The notes beneath the pieces were generated by a model. The model saw only the letters and a list, made by a program, of their open reading frames with translations, was not told where the DNA came from and made no database searches. The translations under genes and the position numbers were made by a program. 64,000 nt of DNA from an uncultured Chloroflexia bacterium (GTDB taxonomy: Bacteria > Chloroflexota > UBA6077 > JACCZL01). The first letter of the stretch is position 1. Each line of letters begins with the position of its first letter. Location: assembly GCA_963765765.1 (NCBI GenBank), contig CAVXYC010000020.1, forward strand, positions 64,001 through 128,000, in the 5' to 3' direction. This document shows positions 21,371-33,173 of this stretch, piece after piece.

Positions 21371-22030
21371 GTGACTTGTCCCGACGGCGCTGGTGTCGAA
21401 ATCGTTGCGCAAACGCCGCCGAGGCGCGGGCGCTCACAGGCGCGGACGTATACTCCGCCCGTGACAACCGCAGGCTTCCCGGACCCGGGCCGCCCCGACT
21501 TCTGCGCCCGATGCGCGTCCAGGCTGGCTGAGGTGGAGCGAGGCGGACGACTCCGGCCTACCTGTCCCGCGTGTGGCTGGGTCTACTACGCAAAGCCAGC
21601 GATGGGCGCAGCGGTGCTCGTGATGCGCGGTGACCAGGTCCTTATGGTCCAACGAGCGCATCAGCCATTTCGCGGCCAGTGGATGCTTCCGGCCGGCTTC
21701 GTCGAATATGGCGAGTTCGCGGAGGACACCGCCGTTCGGGAGTCGCTCGAGGAAACAGGACTGATTGTTCGCCTTGATGGATTCTTCGGCCTGTATTTCG
21801 GTACTGACGATCCGCGCAACGTCTCGCACCTGGCCGTGTACCACGCCATCGTTGAAGGCGGTGCGCTGAACGCGGGCGACGATGCCGCCGACGCGCGCTT
21901 TTTCAGCCTGGATGGACCTACCGGAAAAATCGCCTTCAAGACGCATCGTCGAGCGCTGGCCGATTTACTGCGGCTGCGCCAGAACGAGCATGCATCGGGC
22001 TCGATCGACGTTGATCGGAGGTCAGAATAA
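21371..22030 (+). CDS. NUDIX hydrolase with N-terminal zinc ribbon
   Basis: FCARC..CPACG; Nudix box GFVEYGEFAEDTAVRESLEETGL. Confidence 0.9.
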   Translation: MTCPDGAGVEIVAQTPPRRGRSQARTYTPPVTTAGFPDPGRPDFCARCASRLAEVERGGRLRPTCPACGWVYYAKPAMGAAVLVMRGDQVLMVQRAHQPFRGQWMLPAGFVEYGEFAEDTAVRESLEETGLIVRLDGFFGLYFGTDDPRNVSHLAVYHAIVEGGALNAGDDAADARFFSLDGPTGKIAFKTHRRALADLLRLRQNEHASGSIDVDRRSE

Positions 22031-22039
22031 CTGGGAGCA

Positions 22040-23172
22040 ATGATGTTCTATCGATGCGAGAGCTGCGGAGCGGAGTATCCGCGTAACACTGATCGATGGC
22101 GCTGTTCGTGCGGCGCCCCCTTTGAGCTGGCGGCGCAACCATCCTTTCAGCGCGCATCCATCGACTCGCGCGAACACTCGCTGTGGCGCTACGCTGCGGT
22201 GCTGCCCGCCGGCCTGGCCGACCACCGCGTCAGTTATCGCGAGGGGTGGACACCCCTTCTACCTGCACCCGCGCTCGGGGACGGCGTGCATCTCAAGCTA
22301 GAGTTCATGTTTCCCAGTGGGTCGTTCAAGGATCGTGGCACCACGGTGCTGGTCAGCGAGATGCGCCGCCTCGGACGGTCGTCGCTGATGGAGGATTCGT
22401 CGGGTAACGCGGGCGCATCGCTGGCGATGTACGCCGCCCGAGCCGGGAATGTCCTGCCAGATCTTCGCGCCATCCGGCACGTCGGCGGGCAAGCTGGTTC
22501 AAATCGAGATTGCGGGATCGCGGCTTAGGAGTATCCCGGGCACGCGAGAAGACACTGCCGCGGCGGCTCTCGCAGCCGCGGATGACCCCAGTCAGCCGTT
22601 TTACGCCAGTCACAACTGGCATCCCCTGTTCGTGGAAGGCGTGAAAACAGTCGGGTTTGAGATCTGGGAGCAGCTCGGTTTCATTGCTCCTGACGTTGTG
22701 GTAGCACCGGCCGGGAATGGCAGCATGATTCTGGGGCTCTTCGAGGCATTCCGTCGCGCTGCAACGGGCTGGGGAGATCAGACCGCATCCCGAAAATCAT
22801 CGCAGTCCAGGCAGAGGCGTGCGCGCCGCTCGTGCACGCCTTCGAGAACGGCATGGACGATGTCGCAGCCGTTCGCAGAAGCTCCCGACGCTGGCTGAAG
22901 GTATCGCATCGGCTCGCCCTATCCGTGCTCGCCAGGTGCTTGCTGCCATTCATGCCTCTGGCGGCGCAGCGGTCTCCGTCCCAGAAGACCGGCTACTTCC
23001 TAGTGTTCGACGATTGGCAACTCTTGGCTTCTTCGTGGAGCCAACATCCGCCGTGGTGGCTGCCGCGGCTCCAATACTTGTCGATCGAGGTATCCTGAGT
23101 GTAGGCGATTGCTGCGTGCTTCTCCTGAGCGGCAGCGGACTCAAGGCAACTGAGAAGCTCGTTAGTGTGTAA
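22040..23172 (+). CDS. thrC: Threonine synthase-like PLP enzyme, two apparent frameshifts
   Basis: EGWTPL, PSGSFKDRG, DSSGNAGAS, PAGNG, TLAEGIA, VEPTSA, LSGSGLK across three ORFs. Confidence 0.8.
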
Positions 23173-23303
23173 GAAGCTCGGGAGCTAGAACGGAATCATC
23201 GGTCGCCAGACGGATATGGAACCATTCGGATCCTTATACGTTCTTAACACTTTGAGTGGGTGTCTCAGCGGAGGCTCCTGCAAAGGAAGCGTTCGGAGGA
23301 TTC

Positions 23304-23585
23304 ATGGAAGAGAACAGGCCGTTTCGGTCCCGTCCAGCATCGGCGGGTCGCTACGCCCGCCGGCGTCTACGGGCGCTGTTTCTCACTCGACTAGCCCGCC
23401 TCGTTCGCCTGCGTAGCCGTGTTCCAACCACGGAAAGCCGACGTCGAAAGTTTCTCGACCAGGCAATCTGCTCCACGATAAGCGATCTCAATCGCCTCGG
23501 TTCGAGCAGCAAAGCGTTATCGATCCTTGCGGTCGATCCCGGACAATCGTCGACGACAAGGCCAGGGAATCAGGAAGCCGCCTGA
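23304..23585 (+). CDS. Small basic hypothetical protein
   Basis: GGAGG RBS before ATG at 23304; followed by strong hairpin. Confidence 0.55.
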   Translation: MEENRPFRSRPASAGRYARRRLRALFLTRLARLVRLRSRVPTTESRRRKFLDQAICSTISDLNRLGSSSKALSILAVDPGQSSTTRPGNQEAA

Positions 23586-23609
23586 TCGCCAGTTCTTGTC
23601 TTAGCTCAC

Positions 23610-23645
23610 CCGAAGGCCCCAGCGCTGACGCGCTGGGGCCTTCGG
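23610..23645. terminator. GC-rich hairpin, probable terminator between convergent genes
   Basis: CCGAAGGCCCCAGCGC-TGAC-GCGCTGGGGCCTTCGG. Confidence 0.6.
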
Positions 23646-23889
23646 CGTTCACCGGGCGCTTCCGCTGATCGAGCAGCGCCAGGTGGTGTGGGGCATCTTG
23701 CCAGACACTGCACCGTTTCCGGGGAGCGGCGCGTGACGATGTTCTCTAGGAACTCCACCGCGAGATGCTCGTGGATGGCATGCCGATATCGACTGTGAGA
23801 AGACAGGCGTTCCGCGGACGTGCAGGATGCCCGCAGCTACGGAGTCAGAGGACCCAAAGTCGGTGACCCTAGAGCCGACTGGTGCGCCG

Positions 23890-25333
23890 CTAAGCGCCTT
23901 CGCTCGCTGCGCGGGGCATGCCCTCGCGCCAGCCTGCTTCGCTCATGCGGACGAAGCGTGCGTTCTGGCGTAGCTCAGGGAGGGTGCGGGCATTGCAATA
24001 GCTCATGCCGGAGCGTAAGCCGCCGACGAGCTGGAAGAGGACATCAGACAGTGTGCCTTTGTATTGCACAACGGCTTCAACGCCTTCGGGCACCACACCT
24101 GCTGCCAGCTCATCCAGATCTGCCTCGGGTTGATCCAGGCGCTGACGCTCCACCGCGGCTGCCGTGGAAGCCATGCCTCGATAGACCTTGTAGCGACCGC
24201 CACCGCGAGTGACAGTTGACCCAGGGCTCTCCTCAGTGCCTGCCAGCAAATTGCCAATCATCACCGTTGCAGCCCCCGCGGCAATCGCCTTGGTGATATC
24301 GCCGGCGTACTTAATGCCGCCATCCGCAACGATTGGAATGTCGTACCGATCGGCGACCTCAGAGCACTCTATGATGGCGGTAAGCTGCGGAACTCCCACA
24401 CCCGCCACCAGACGTGTCGTACACGCGGCACCGGGCCCAACTCCGACTTTGATCGCATCAGCCCCGGCATCGATCAGATCCTGCGTGCCTTCAGCGGTGG
24501 CGACGTTACCGGGAATGAGCTCCACATCTGGAAACTCTGACTTCACTTCGCGCGTGGCTTTGATGGCGTGCTCGGAATGCCCGTGTGCGATGTCCACCAC
24601 CAGCACATCCACACCGGCGTTGACCAGCGCGGCAGCCCGCTCCATGTAATCACCGACCGCGCCGATTGCCGCGCCAACCAGTAGCCTGCCTCGAGCATCG
24701 ATCGCAGCCGACGGCTGGGAAGCGTAGCGGAGAATATTTCGAGCGGTGATCAGCCCCTGGAGTCGGCCCTCTGGATCCACGAGTGGCAGCTTCTTCAACC
24801 GATGCCGATGAAGAATTCGGCGTGCCTCGTCGATCGTGGTGCCAACGGGCGCCGTCACAAGCTCTGTACTCGGCGTCATCGCGTCGGCCACTCGACGAGT
24901 GCCGTCATCTTCGAAGAGCAGATCGCGCGTCGTAAGGATCCCCAGGACCTTCTGATCGTTGTCCACGACCAACAGACTTCCGGTGTTGTACCGCTCTAAC
25001 AATTGTGACGCATCAGCCAGAGTCTGATCGGGCCGGGCAGTGAAGACTTCTCGCAGAACGTATTCCTCGGGCCGCTTCACGCGCGCCACTTCGGCCACTT
25101 CTTCATCGATGGTCATGAAGCGGTGGATGATGCCGATGCCGCCCTCACGCGCCATCGCCGCGGCCAGGCGCCACTCCGTGACGGTATCCATATTGGCGCT
25201 TACAACCGGGACCTTGACCTTGAGGCGCCTAGTGAGCCGGCCAGTCGTGTCGACGTCGCGACGCGAACGAACGCCTGAGCGGCGCGGGACGATCAAACGT
25301 CGTCGTAGGTGAGACCAGAGGGATTTCGATCAT
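23890..25333 (-). CDS. guaB: IMP dehydrogenase with CBS pair; two 1-bp losses in the first 13 codons
   Basis: GLTYDDV (shifted frame), [48 protein letters not shown]; extended -10 TGGTATAAT at 25363-25371. Confidence 0.95.
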
Positions 25334-25579
25334 AAAGAAGGCGCCTGGCGAGGCGCGGCGAGATTATACCAGCCGTGCAGGGGAGTCACTTCCCGGTTGG
25401 TTCACTTCGAGCCCAGAGTACTCTACGTCGTCGGTCGCCGCAGTCCGCCCCGGCTGAGCATTCTCGGTCCGTTATGCTTTTAGTGCATCCGTTCGGTTCT
25501 GCGTTTCGTTGATTGTCTGCGGCATACGCACCCCACGCTGTGTCATTCAGCGTGATCCCCCTGAATATTGGAGACTTCC

Positions 25580-26518
25580 ATGGACCAAACGAAGGAGTAC
25601 CTGGTTAACGAGTTCCTGGACGAGTACCGGGCAAGCGCATGAATCGTCGGAGCATGCTCCGACGCATCACGCTCATGCTGGGTGGCGCGGTAACGGCCAG
25701 CGCGTGGCTCCAGACTCAGGGCGAAAGTGTGAGTGCCGCTGAGGCCGGCCGAGTCGTACAACTATCTCATTCCCACGAGACCACTCTGGGGATCTACCAT
25801 AGTTGAAGAAACGGACCCAGCTATTGCCGCGGCGGGCACGGTTCAATTCACCGCTCGGGATGGAGCCACACTTTCGGGCTATGCAGCCAAACCGGCGACG
25901 CAGTCGGCGCCCGCGGATCCTGGTGATCCCGAGAACCGTGCGCTGACGACCATCCTGAGGACGTTGCTCGTCGATTCGCCAAGGAAGGCTACCTGGCCCT
26001 GGCGATCGATCTCGTGTCTCGCGGAGGGCGGATCTGACAGTTTTCCTGATCCCGCCGCGATCTCCGCAGCGCTTACGAGCGCGGGAACAGAGAGACATGT
26101 AGGGGATTTTAGTGCTGGCATCGACTACCTGCTGAGCCAGCCGAGGCTGTGCAAAGTCGGCGTCGGGGTGACCGGGTACTGCTTCGGCGGTGGCCAGGCA
26201 TGGCGCATCGCGGTTGAGGACGAGCGGGTGGCCGCTGCTGTTCCGTACTACGGAACCGCACCTCCACTTGAAAAGGTTCCGACCATGCGCGCCGCGGCGT
26301 TCGGCGTCTACGCGGCCGATGACGAGCGCATCAATCAATCGGCGATTGCCCTTGAAGAGGCTCTTAAAGCAAACGGCAAGACTTACGCGATGAAGCAGTA
26401 TCCCGGGCACTGGCCACGCGTTTTTCAACGACACCGGCTCCGGTATTCCGCTGACCAGGCTCGCGAGGCCTGGTCGGACACAATCGCCTGGTTCAGACAG
26501 CATTTGCCAACGGCGTAG
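25580..26518 (+). CDS. Dienelactone hydrolase family protein with twin-arginine-like leader, several frameshifts
   Basis: MDQTKEYLVNEFLDEY..MNRRSMLRR; GYCFGG nucleophile motif, PYYG, DERIN. Confidence 0.8.
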
Positions 26519-26583
26519 CGACAGTGGTGAGTGCTCGATACGACTCTGTTGTCGTGGCGCACCTCATTCACGCCGAGACAATT

Positions 26584-26613
26584 CGAGTCGCCCGCCACGG
26601 GCGACTCGGTTTT
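26584..26613 (+). terminator. Intrinsic terminator
   Basis: CGAGTCGCCC-GCCAC-GGGCGACTCG then GTTTT. Confidence 0.6.
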
Positions 26614-26704
26614 CATCGAATAGACGCGAGTCTGGGAAGGTCGGCGATCCGCGAGCGATGCCTGAATCACTGCTAAGGCACCGGGTGATCTAGTCAGGAG
26701 CCGC

Positions 26705-27441
26705 TCAGCAGCAGCCCGGCGTCCACGACGATCGTTTCGCCGGTAACGCTTTCGTTGCGAATGAGCTCGACGGCGGCTCGGGCAGCATCCTCGGCGGGCA
26801 CGAGGCGCTGCAGGGGTGAGGACTGCGGCGATTGAGTCCAACGCATCGCCGAATCGCATTCCCCAACGCGTGGGCATGAAACCTGGCGCGATGGCGTTCA
26901 CTCGAACATCCGGCGCCATTGCCACCGCGAGGCAGCGCGTCAGGTGTAACAAGGCCGCCTTGGAGACGCAATAGGCCAGACTGCTACCCGCCGGCCGCAA
27001 TCCAGAGATTGAGGACACGTTGACAATCGAACCGCGGCTTGCCCGCAGGGCATTGGCCGAGGCGCGAGCGAGAACCCACGGCGATTTCACATTGAGCCCC
27101 ATGATCGCGTCCCAATCGTCGTCGCTGACGCCTTCAAGATCGCTCATCGGAACGATCGCTGTGCGTCCCGCGTTGTTCACAAGGGCATCCAGGCGTCCGA
27201 ATGCATCCAGACAGTCACTCACCAGGCGGCGAGCCTCCTCAGGAGCAGAGACGTCCGCCCGTATGGCCTGGGCAGAAACACCAAGTGACTCGAGGTCCGC
27301 TACTGTTGCCAGTGCATCGTCGCGGGAGCGCGAGTAATTTACGACGACGCTCATCCTCTCGCGTGCAAGACCCAGGGCAATCTCACGGCCAAGTCCGGTC
27401 CCTCCGCCGGTGACGAGCGCAACGCGATTCGACAGCGTCAT
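26705..27441 (-). CDS. Short-chain dehydrogenase/reductase, frameshift near the C-terminus
   Basis: TGGGTGLG, NNAG, YCVSK, VNAIAPG; GETIVVDAG in shifted frame. Confidence 0.88.
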
Positions 27442-27457
27442 TGATGGTCCGGTCGAT

Positions 27458-28564
27458 TCACGGAATGACGGCAATGCGCGCCACGCTACCTCGTCCCGCG
27501 GACCACTCAGCCTCGGCAAATGCGTCATTGATGTTTTCCAATGAGTAGCGCGAGCCTACGAGCTCCTCGAAGGGGTACCGGTCCTTCGCCCGCACCAGCC
27601 AGTCGAGCGCGCGTGGTATCACCCACCGGTCGTATGCCAGCACGCCCTTGATTTGCTTGGGACGGCGAACAGCATCATGGGGAACGATGTCCGCGTGCGC
27701 ACCGGGGACGATGTTGCCCATCCAGAGATATCGTCCACCGACGCGCAGCATCTCCAGCCCCTCCTGAACCACGCCCGCTACACCGGCCACCTCGACGCAC
27801 ACGTCCGCGCCGACATCCGAAGTCACGTCCAGCACACGCGCGACACGATCGGCGGCCGAAGGATAGTCAGCCAGGCTAATCGTCTCATCAGCGCCGAATC
27901 GCCTGGCCAGGGCAAGCCTCTCAGGGACCGCGTCGATCGCCATTACACGATCTGCGCCCATGTCCTTGGCCAGCGCACACGCGTAGAGACCGAGGGCGCC
28001 CGCCCCCTGAACGACCACCGTATCGCTGAGCCAGATGCCGATCTGATTGAGACCATAGACTACCTGAGCCAGCGCGCAGTTGACCGGAGCCACCAGCTCA
28101 TCCGAAAGCTCGTCTGGCACCTTGAAGATCCACTGGCCGCTTTTCACCATGTAGTACTCAGCGTATGCACCCAGGAAGTGCGGCGCGTCGTCTGCCGTGA
28201 TTGTGTTCCGAGTTCGATAGCGGTTGGGGCAACCGGTGGTTCCACTCATGCACGCCCAGCACTCGCCGCAGGGGATGAAGTAGGCATAGGCAACGCGGTC
28301 GCCCTCGCTCAACGGTCGTCCGAGACTATCCGCCTTTCGGTTCGAGCCCAGCTTGGCGATCGTTCCCGTCATTTCATGCCCCTGCAGACCGGGAGCCGGC
28401 TGGAACCAGGGGACTTCACCGCGCCACATGTGGAGATCCGACCCGCAAATGCCGGCCATTGTGATCTTGACCAGAATCTCCTCAGCACCGGGCTCGGGCA
28501 CCGGGTATTCTCGAACCTCCATCGCCTTAGCGCCCGGGACCGTAACCGCAGCGCGTCCGTTCAT
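27458..28564 (-). CDS. Zinc-dependent alcohol dehydrogenase
   Basis: GICGSD, GHE, CGECWAC...C, GAGALG. Confidence 0.92.
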   Translation of the reverse strand: MNGRAAVTVPGAKAMEVREYPVPEPGAEEILVKITMAGICGSDLHMWRGEVPWFQPAPGLQGHEMTGTIAKLGSNRKADSLGRPLSEGDRVAYAYFIPCGECWACMSGTTGCPNRYRTRNTITADDAPHFLGAYAEYYMVKSGQWIFKVPDELSDELVAPVNCALAQVVYGLNQIGIWLSDTVVVQGAGALGLYACALAKDMGADRVMAIDAVPERLALARRFGADETISLADYPSAADRVARVLDVTSDVGADVCVEVAGVAGVVQEGLEMLRVGGRYLWMGNIVPGAHADIVPHDAVRRPKQIKGVLAYDRWVIPRALDWLVRAKDRYPFEELVGSRYSLENINDAFAEAEWSAGRGSVARIAVIP

Positions 28565-28582
28565 TCAGTCCTCCCGTGTTCC

Positions 28583-29750
28583 CTAAGCGTCCGACTTCAG
28601 CTCTTCGGTTCTGCGACTCTGGCGTCGACCGAGAATTCCCGCGGCGATCGTGTTGCGCTGAATCTCCAGCGTTCCGCCAGCAATCATCCAACCGCGCGTG
28701 CGGCGAAAGATATAGGAAAGAGGGGAATCCTGCGTGTAGCCTAACGCGCCGTGGATCTGCAGCGCCTCATTGGCCACCCAGAACCCCGTTTCATTGGCAT
28801 AGCACTTCGCGATCGCCGTCTCCGTAGGATCGATTCGTCCCGTATCAATGCTGCTGGCCGCGCGATAGAGGAGAAGCCGAGAGGCATCCAATCGCATGCG
28901 CATGTCCGCCAGCTTCCATTGGATACCCTGCATCTCCGCCAGGCGTTGACCAAACTGTCGGCGTTGCTGGACATGCTCCAGGCACAGGTCGTAGGCGGCC
29001 TGCCCAAGCGTGAGCGCACGCGTGGCATTGCCGATCCGTTCCAGATTGAACACGGGGAACATGTGACGAAACGCGTCGCGCTCGATGAGCATATTGCCGA
29101 TCGGGACGCGGCATTCGTCGAAATAGAGCGCGCAGTGCTGCTCGCCGCTAGTGAATCGCTCAGGCGGTCCCTTGGAGAAGCCGGGCGCCGTGCAGGGAAC
29201 CAGTACGACGCCGACATTGGAGTTTCCCGGACCAAAGCGTACCCATGCGGCCACGCACGTCGCGTGCGGACCGTTGGAATTCCAGAGCTTCGAGCCGTTG
29301 ATGACGATCTCATCGCCCTCGATGCGCGCCGTAGTCTGAAGCTCCGTCGCGGCGGAGCCCGCTTCCGGCTCCGACATTCCGATGGAGATGAGCCCTTCGA
29401 CTTTGAGCAATGGCTTCAAGTACTGCTCTTTCAGCTCTGTGCTACCGAAGATCGCAAGCTGCCAGGATCGGCCCAAAATTTGTAGCCTGGATCACGTCAC
29501 CAGCCACGGGGTTCACGCCGGCGATTTGCTCCATGACGATCACGGAGTCCATCATGGTGCCGCCCTGGCCGCCATCCTCCACAGGCAAGTTGATTCCTGT
29601 GAGACCCGCTTCAGCCATGATTTTCCCGTATCCCCACGGGTAAGAATCGTGCATGTCGGATCGGTAGGCATCAGCAGAGAATTGATCTCGAGCGAGCTGA
29701 CGAACGGTTTGCCGCAGCATCTCCTGCTCCGGCGAAAACGTGAAGTCCAT
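28583..29750 (-). CDS. Acyl-CoA dehydrogenase, frameshift near 29460
   Basis: MDFTFSPEQEMLR, MSEPEAGS, NGSKLW, RRQFG, QIHGALGY, IAGGTLEIQR. Confidence 0.9.
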
Positions 29751-29792
29751 TACCGGCCCCTCAATGTTCTAGCTTCCTCGTCACCTGACCGA

Positions 29793-29889
29793 GCTCCCTC
29801 GCCCTCTGGGAGAGGGTTGGGGCGAGGGGCCCGCGAGAGGGGATTTCGAACGCCACTCACGCCAACCCTCTCCCAGAGGGCGAGGGAGC
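29793..29889. repeat. REP-type inverted repeat pair (CCCTCTCCC family)
   Basis: GCTCCCTCGCCCTCTGGGAGAGGGTTGG...CCAACCCTCTCCCAGAGGGCGAGGGAGC. Confidence 0.85.
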
Positions 29890-31957
29890 CCCCAACGCCC
29901 GCGATGCCGCGGCCAGCGCGGATAGTGTGCGCACGCCCCGCTCTGCCGTGGGAAAGAGCGGGATGCCCGCCTCTCGATACACAGCCAGGCCCTGCGGAGC
30001 AAGTGCTTCGGCACCCATGCGTGACACGATGACCGGCTTCTCAGTGTTCATCAAAGAGACAACCGACTCGGCAACTTTGATGGCCGGCGGGTCCGCATTG
30101 GTCGTCAGTGCCAGCAGCAGCATGTCGATATTGGGCGAATCCATCACAAGTTGCAGGACTTGAGTGAACATTTCTGGCTGGGCGGTGTACTGCATGGTGA
30201 CGTCGACCGGGTTCTCCGGGGCGCCAAACGGCGGTACGACAGCCGAGATTGCTTGAAGCACGTCGCTGGGTAACGGGGGAATCTCGAGCCCATGACTGGC
30301 ACACTCATCGGCAACCATGCTGCAGGCGCCGCCCGATGCCGAAATCACTCCAACGCGAGGGCCGCGCGGGAGCGGCTGCGTCTTGAGAGCCGTGGCAATG
30401 TCCAGAAGATCGAATAGCTCTGACACGCGGATTACACCGGCCTGTCGCAGGGCGACATCGGCGAGCTGCTCGTCACCGAGCATTGCGCCCGTGTGCGACT
30501 CCACGGCTCGCCGTCCGAGCGCCGTGCGCCCCGTCTTGTAGGCGAACACAGGCTTCCCGTTCTCGAGCGCGCGTCTGGCGGCACGTTGAAATCGATCCCA
30601 ATCTCTGATCGTCTCCAGGAATAGCAAGAAATGGCCGGTCTCCGGATCATCGGCCATTGCTTCGAGAACGTCGGAGACAGTCAGGTCTGCCTCATTGCCA
30701 GTGGCGGCCCAGAAACTGAATCCTAGCCCTTGCTCCCACCCGCGACTGATGAGCGATCCACCGAGCGCACCACTCTGAGTGATAAGACCCGAGGGCCCAG
30801 CGGGCGTTCGCTCCAGCTCCAGCGCCATGCCGAACGCGGTAAACGTGCGCGACGGCGGCCGAACGACGCCAGACGTGTTTGGGCCGATCAGACGAATGCC
30901 ACTGTCACGGGCCGTCCGAACCATCTCGTCCTGGAGCCGGCGGCCCTCGGTCACCAACCTCGGCAAATCCAGATGCATGGATGACCGCGGCGGGAACGCC
31001 TCGCGAGCCGGCGTCTGCGACCGCAGCCGCGACAGCCGTGGCGGGCGTCAGTATGTGCACCACATCCACAGTCTCGGGAAGCGAGGCAACGTCGGGATAA
31101 CACGGCAGACCATCGATCTCCGATTCACGCGGATTGACGAGATACACGCGTCCCGAGTACTCGTGCCGCTGGAGATATCGACGAAGTCGAGTAGACATGG
31201 CGGTTGGGGATCGCGACGCGCCGACCACGGCAAGCGACGCCGGATTCAGCATGCGTCGAACTGCCTCGCCAGCATCGCCAGAATCTTCCTTGACCTGCGC
31301 TTCCTCGGCTCGAACAATGAGCGCGTCGAGTACAACGGCGCCTTGCTCTCGAAGTCCCAGAGGATTCACTTCTACTTCGATAAACCGCTTGTCACGCTCA
31401 ACAAGCTCGGCAATCGACATCATGGCGCCGGTGATTGCGTCAACATCGACCGGCCTTCGACCGCGCGCTCCGCTAAGCAGTGGCCACGCCTTCAGCTCTT
31501 CTAGCATCGAGCGAGCACTGGCTTCGGTGAGTGGAAGAAGTCGAATGGCCCGATCGTCCAAAGCCTCTACCCATATCCCGCCGAGCCCAACCGAAATGGC
31601 AGGACCGTAGGTGGCATCTCGAAGCACACCGATGATCAGCTCGAGATCGTGCTCGACATGCTCCTCGATAAGCACACCGTCAGTGACAAGACCTCGTTGG
31701 GCGGCAAACTCCAGTAGCTCACCGACAGCGCTCCGAATCCGCTCCACGCTTGAGAGGTGCGTGTGAACAGCGCCGAGCTCGCTCTTGTGGCTGAGGCCGC
31801 GGGCGACGAGCTTGGCTACGGCGGGTAGCGACACACCGGACGGGACGTCGGCCACGCTCGACACAACGATGCTCGGCGGAATTGTCAGACCCAGCTCGGA
31901 CAATATCGCCTTGGATTCAGGCTCAGAAAGTGACACGGTAACGGGATCGCGAGACAC
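29857..31957 (-). CDS. Acetate/acyl-CoA ligase (ADP-forming; ATP-grasp domain first), frameshift near 30950
   Basis: SHKSELGAV, EVNPL, VGASR, VNP, SGFAE, IGPNTSG, TQSGA, TGNEAD, SHTGAM, SGGA, NPVDVT. Confidence 0.88.
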
Positions 31958-32016
31958 GGGCGTAGGCTAGCAGATTTTGACTGGAACGGTTCGACTCCAG
32001 TACGGTGCGGAAAGGA

Positions 32017-32057
32017 GCTCCGGATCCTGGGACCGCGGGCGTCCCAGGATCCGGAGC
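32017..32057. repeat. Perfect 17-bp inverted repeat between divergent genes
   Basis: GCTCCGGATCCTGGGAC-CGCGGGC-GTCCCAGGATCCGGAGC. Confidence 0.85.
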
Positions 32058-32081
32058 ATCGCCTACCAACACAATGGAGCA

Positions 32082-33062
32082 ATGATGCACGCCATACAGG
32101 TAACTCAGTACGGTGGTCCGGAAGTCCTGGAGCTGAGCGAAGTACCCACGCCCGAGCCGGGCCCCGGCCAGGTTCGAATCAAGGTCGCCGCGACGAGCGT
32201 CAACTTCGCGGACATCCAGGGACGCAAGGCTCCCTATCACACGTCAGCGCCGCCACCTTTCATTCCGGGACTCGAAGCCACCGGCACAATCGACGCGTTG
32301 GGCCCCGGCGTCTCGGGGTTCGAGGTCGGCCAACGAGTAGCCGCCCTTGCGGATGGCGGCTCCTACGCCGAGTACGTGCTGGCGCGAACGATCGGCGTTT
32401 ACCTCGTACCGGACAGCGTTGAGTCGAATCAGGCCGCGGTTTTTCCATCCGTCGGCACAACCGCGTACAACCTGCTGACATTGGCCGCGCGGATCCAGCC
32501 TGGTGAGACTGTAATGATTCACGCGGCCGCGGGGGGTGTGGGAAGCACCGCGGTGCAGCTTGCACGCGTACTGGGAGCGGCGCGAATCATTGGAACGGTG
32601 GGCTCCGCGGCAAAAGCGGACCTCATCCGCTCACTTGGCGCGGATGAAGCGATCAACTACCGCGAGGAGAGTGTCCCCGAGCGCGTCATGCAGATTACCG
32701 GTGGCATGGGAGCGGACGTGATTCTGGACGCAGTCGGCAAGGACACGTTTGAGGGTAGCCTGGCCAGCCTCGCGCTTCACGGACGATTGGTGATCTACGG
32801 CCAGTCCAGCGGACCGCCACCAGCCTTCGAGTTTGGGCCGCTGTTTTCGCAGAACAAGGCAGTCATTGGATACAGCACGGGCGGCCACCGTCGATCTCGC
32901 CCGGAAGTGCTGCGACCTGCAGGACTGGCCGTACTCAACCTGCTTGCAGCAGGCCGCTGGAAACCGGTCATTGATCAGGTGCTCCCACTCGAGCGTGCCG
33001 GAGACGCCCAGCACCTCGTTGAGACCCGTGCGACCATGGGCAAGGTGATCCTGGAGGTCTAG
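32082..33062 (+). CDS. NADPH:quinone oxidoreductase (zeta-crystallin/MDR family)
   Basis: YGGPEVL, VNFAD, PGLE, HAAAGGVG, GKVIL. Confidence 0.9.
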   Translation: MMHAIQVTQYGGPEVLELSEVPTPEPGPGQVRIKVAATSVNFADIQGRKAPYHTSAPPPFIPGLEATGTIDALGPGVSGFEVGQRVAALADGGSYAEYVLARTIGVYLVPDSVESNQAAVFPSVGTTAYNLLTLAARIQPGETVMIHAAAGGVGSTAVQLARVLGAARIIGTVGSAAKADLIRSLGADEAINYREESVPERVMQITGGMGADVILDAVGKDTFEGSLASLALHGRLVIYGQSSGPPPAFEFGPLFSQNKAVIGYSTGGHRRSRPEVLRPAGLAVLNLLAAGRWKPVIDQVLPLERAGDAQHLVETRATMGKVILEV

Positions 33063-33173
33063 CTTTGCTCTGGAGCGGTCGCCAGTACGAAATGAGCCGT
33101 ACGCTCGGCGCACCAATGCACCATGAGCGCCGCCGGCTCTGGGCCTATGCTTACGTGTTCGCGAGAGGTTCGT

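Noticed and set aside
27653-28744. Long antisense ORFs (also 6274-7068, 48824-49639, 55582-56676)
   Set aside because: Shadows of real opposite-strand genes, expected at high GC; no motifs
31979-32005. tRNA gene suggested by GGTTCGACTCC
   Set aside because: No acceptor, D or anticodon arm; kept only as a hairpin
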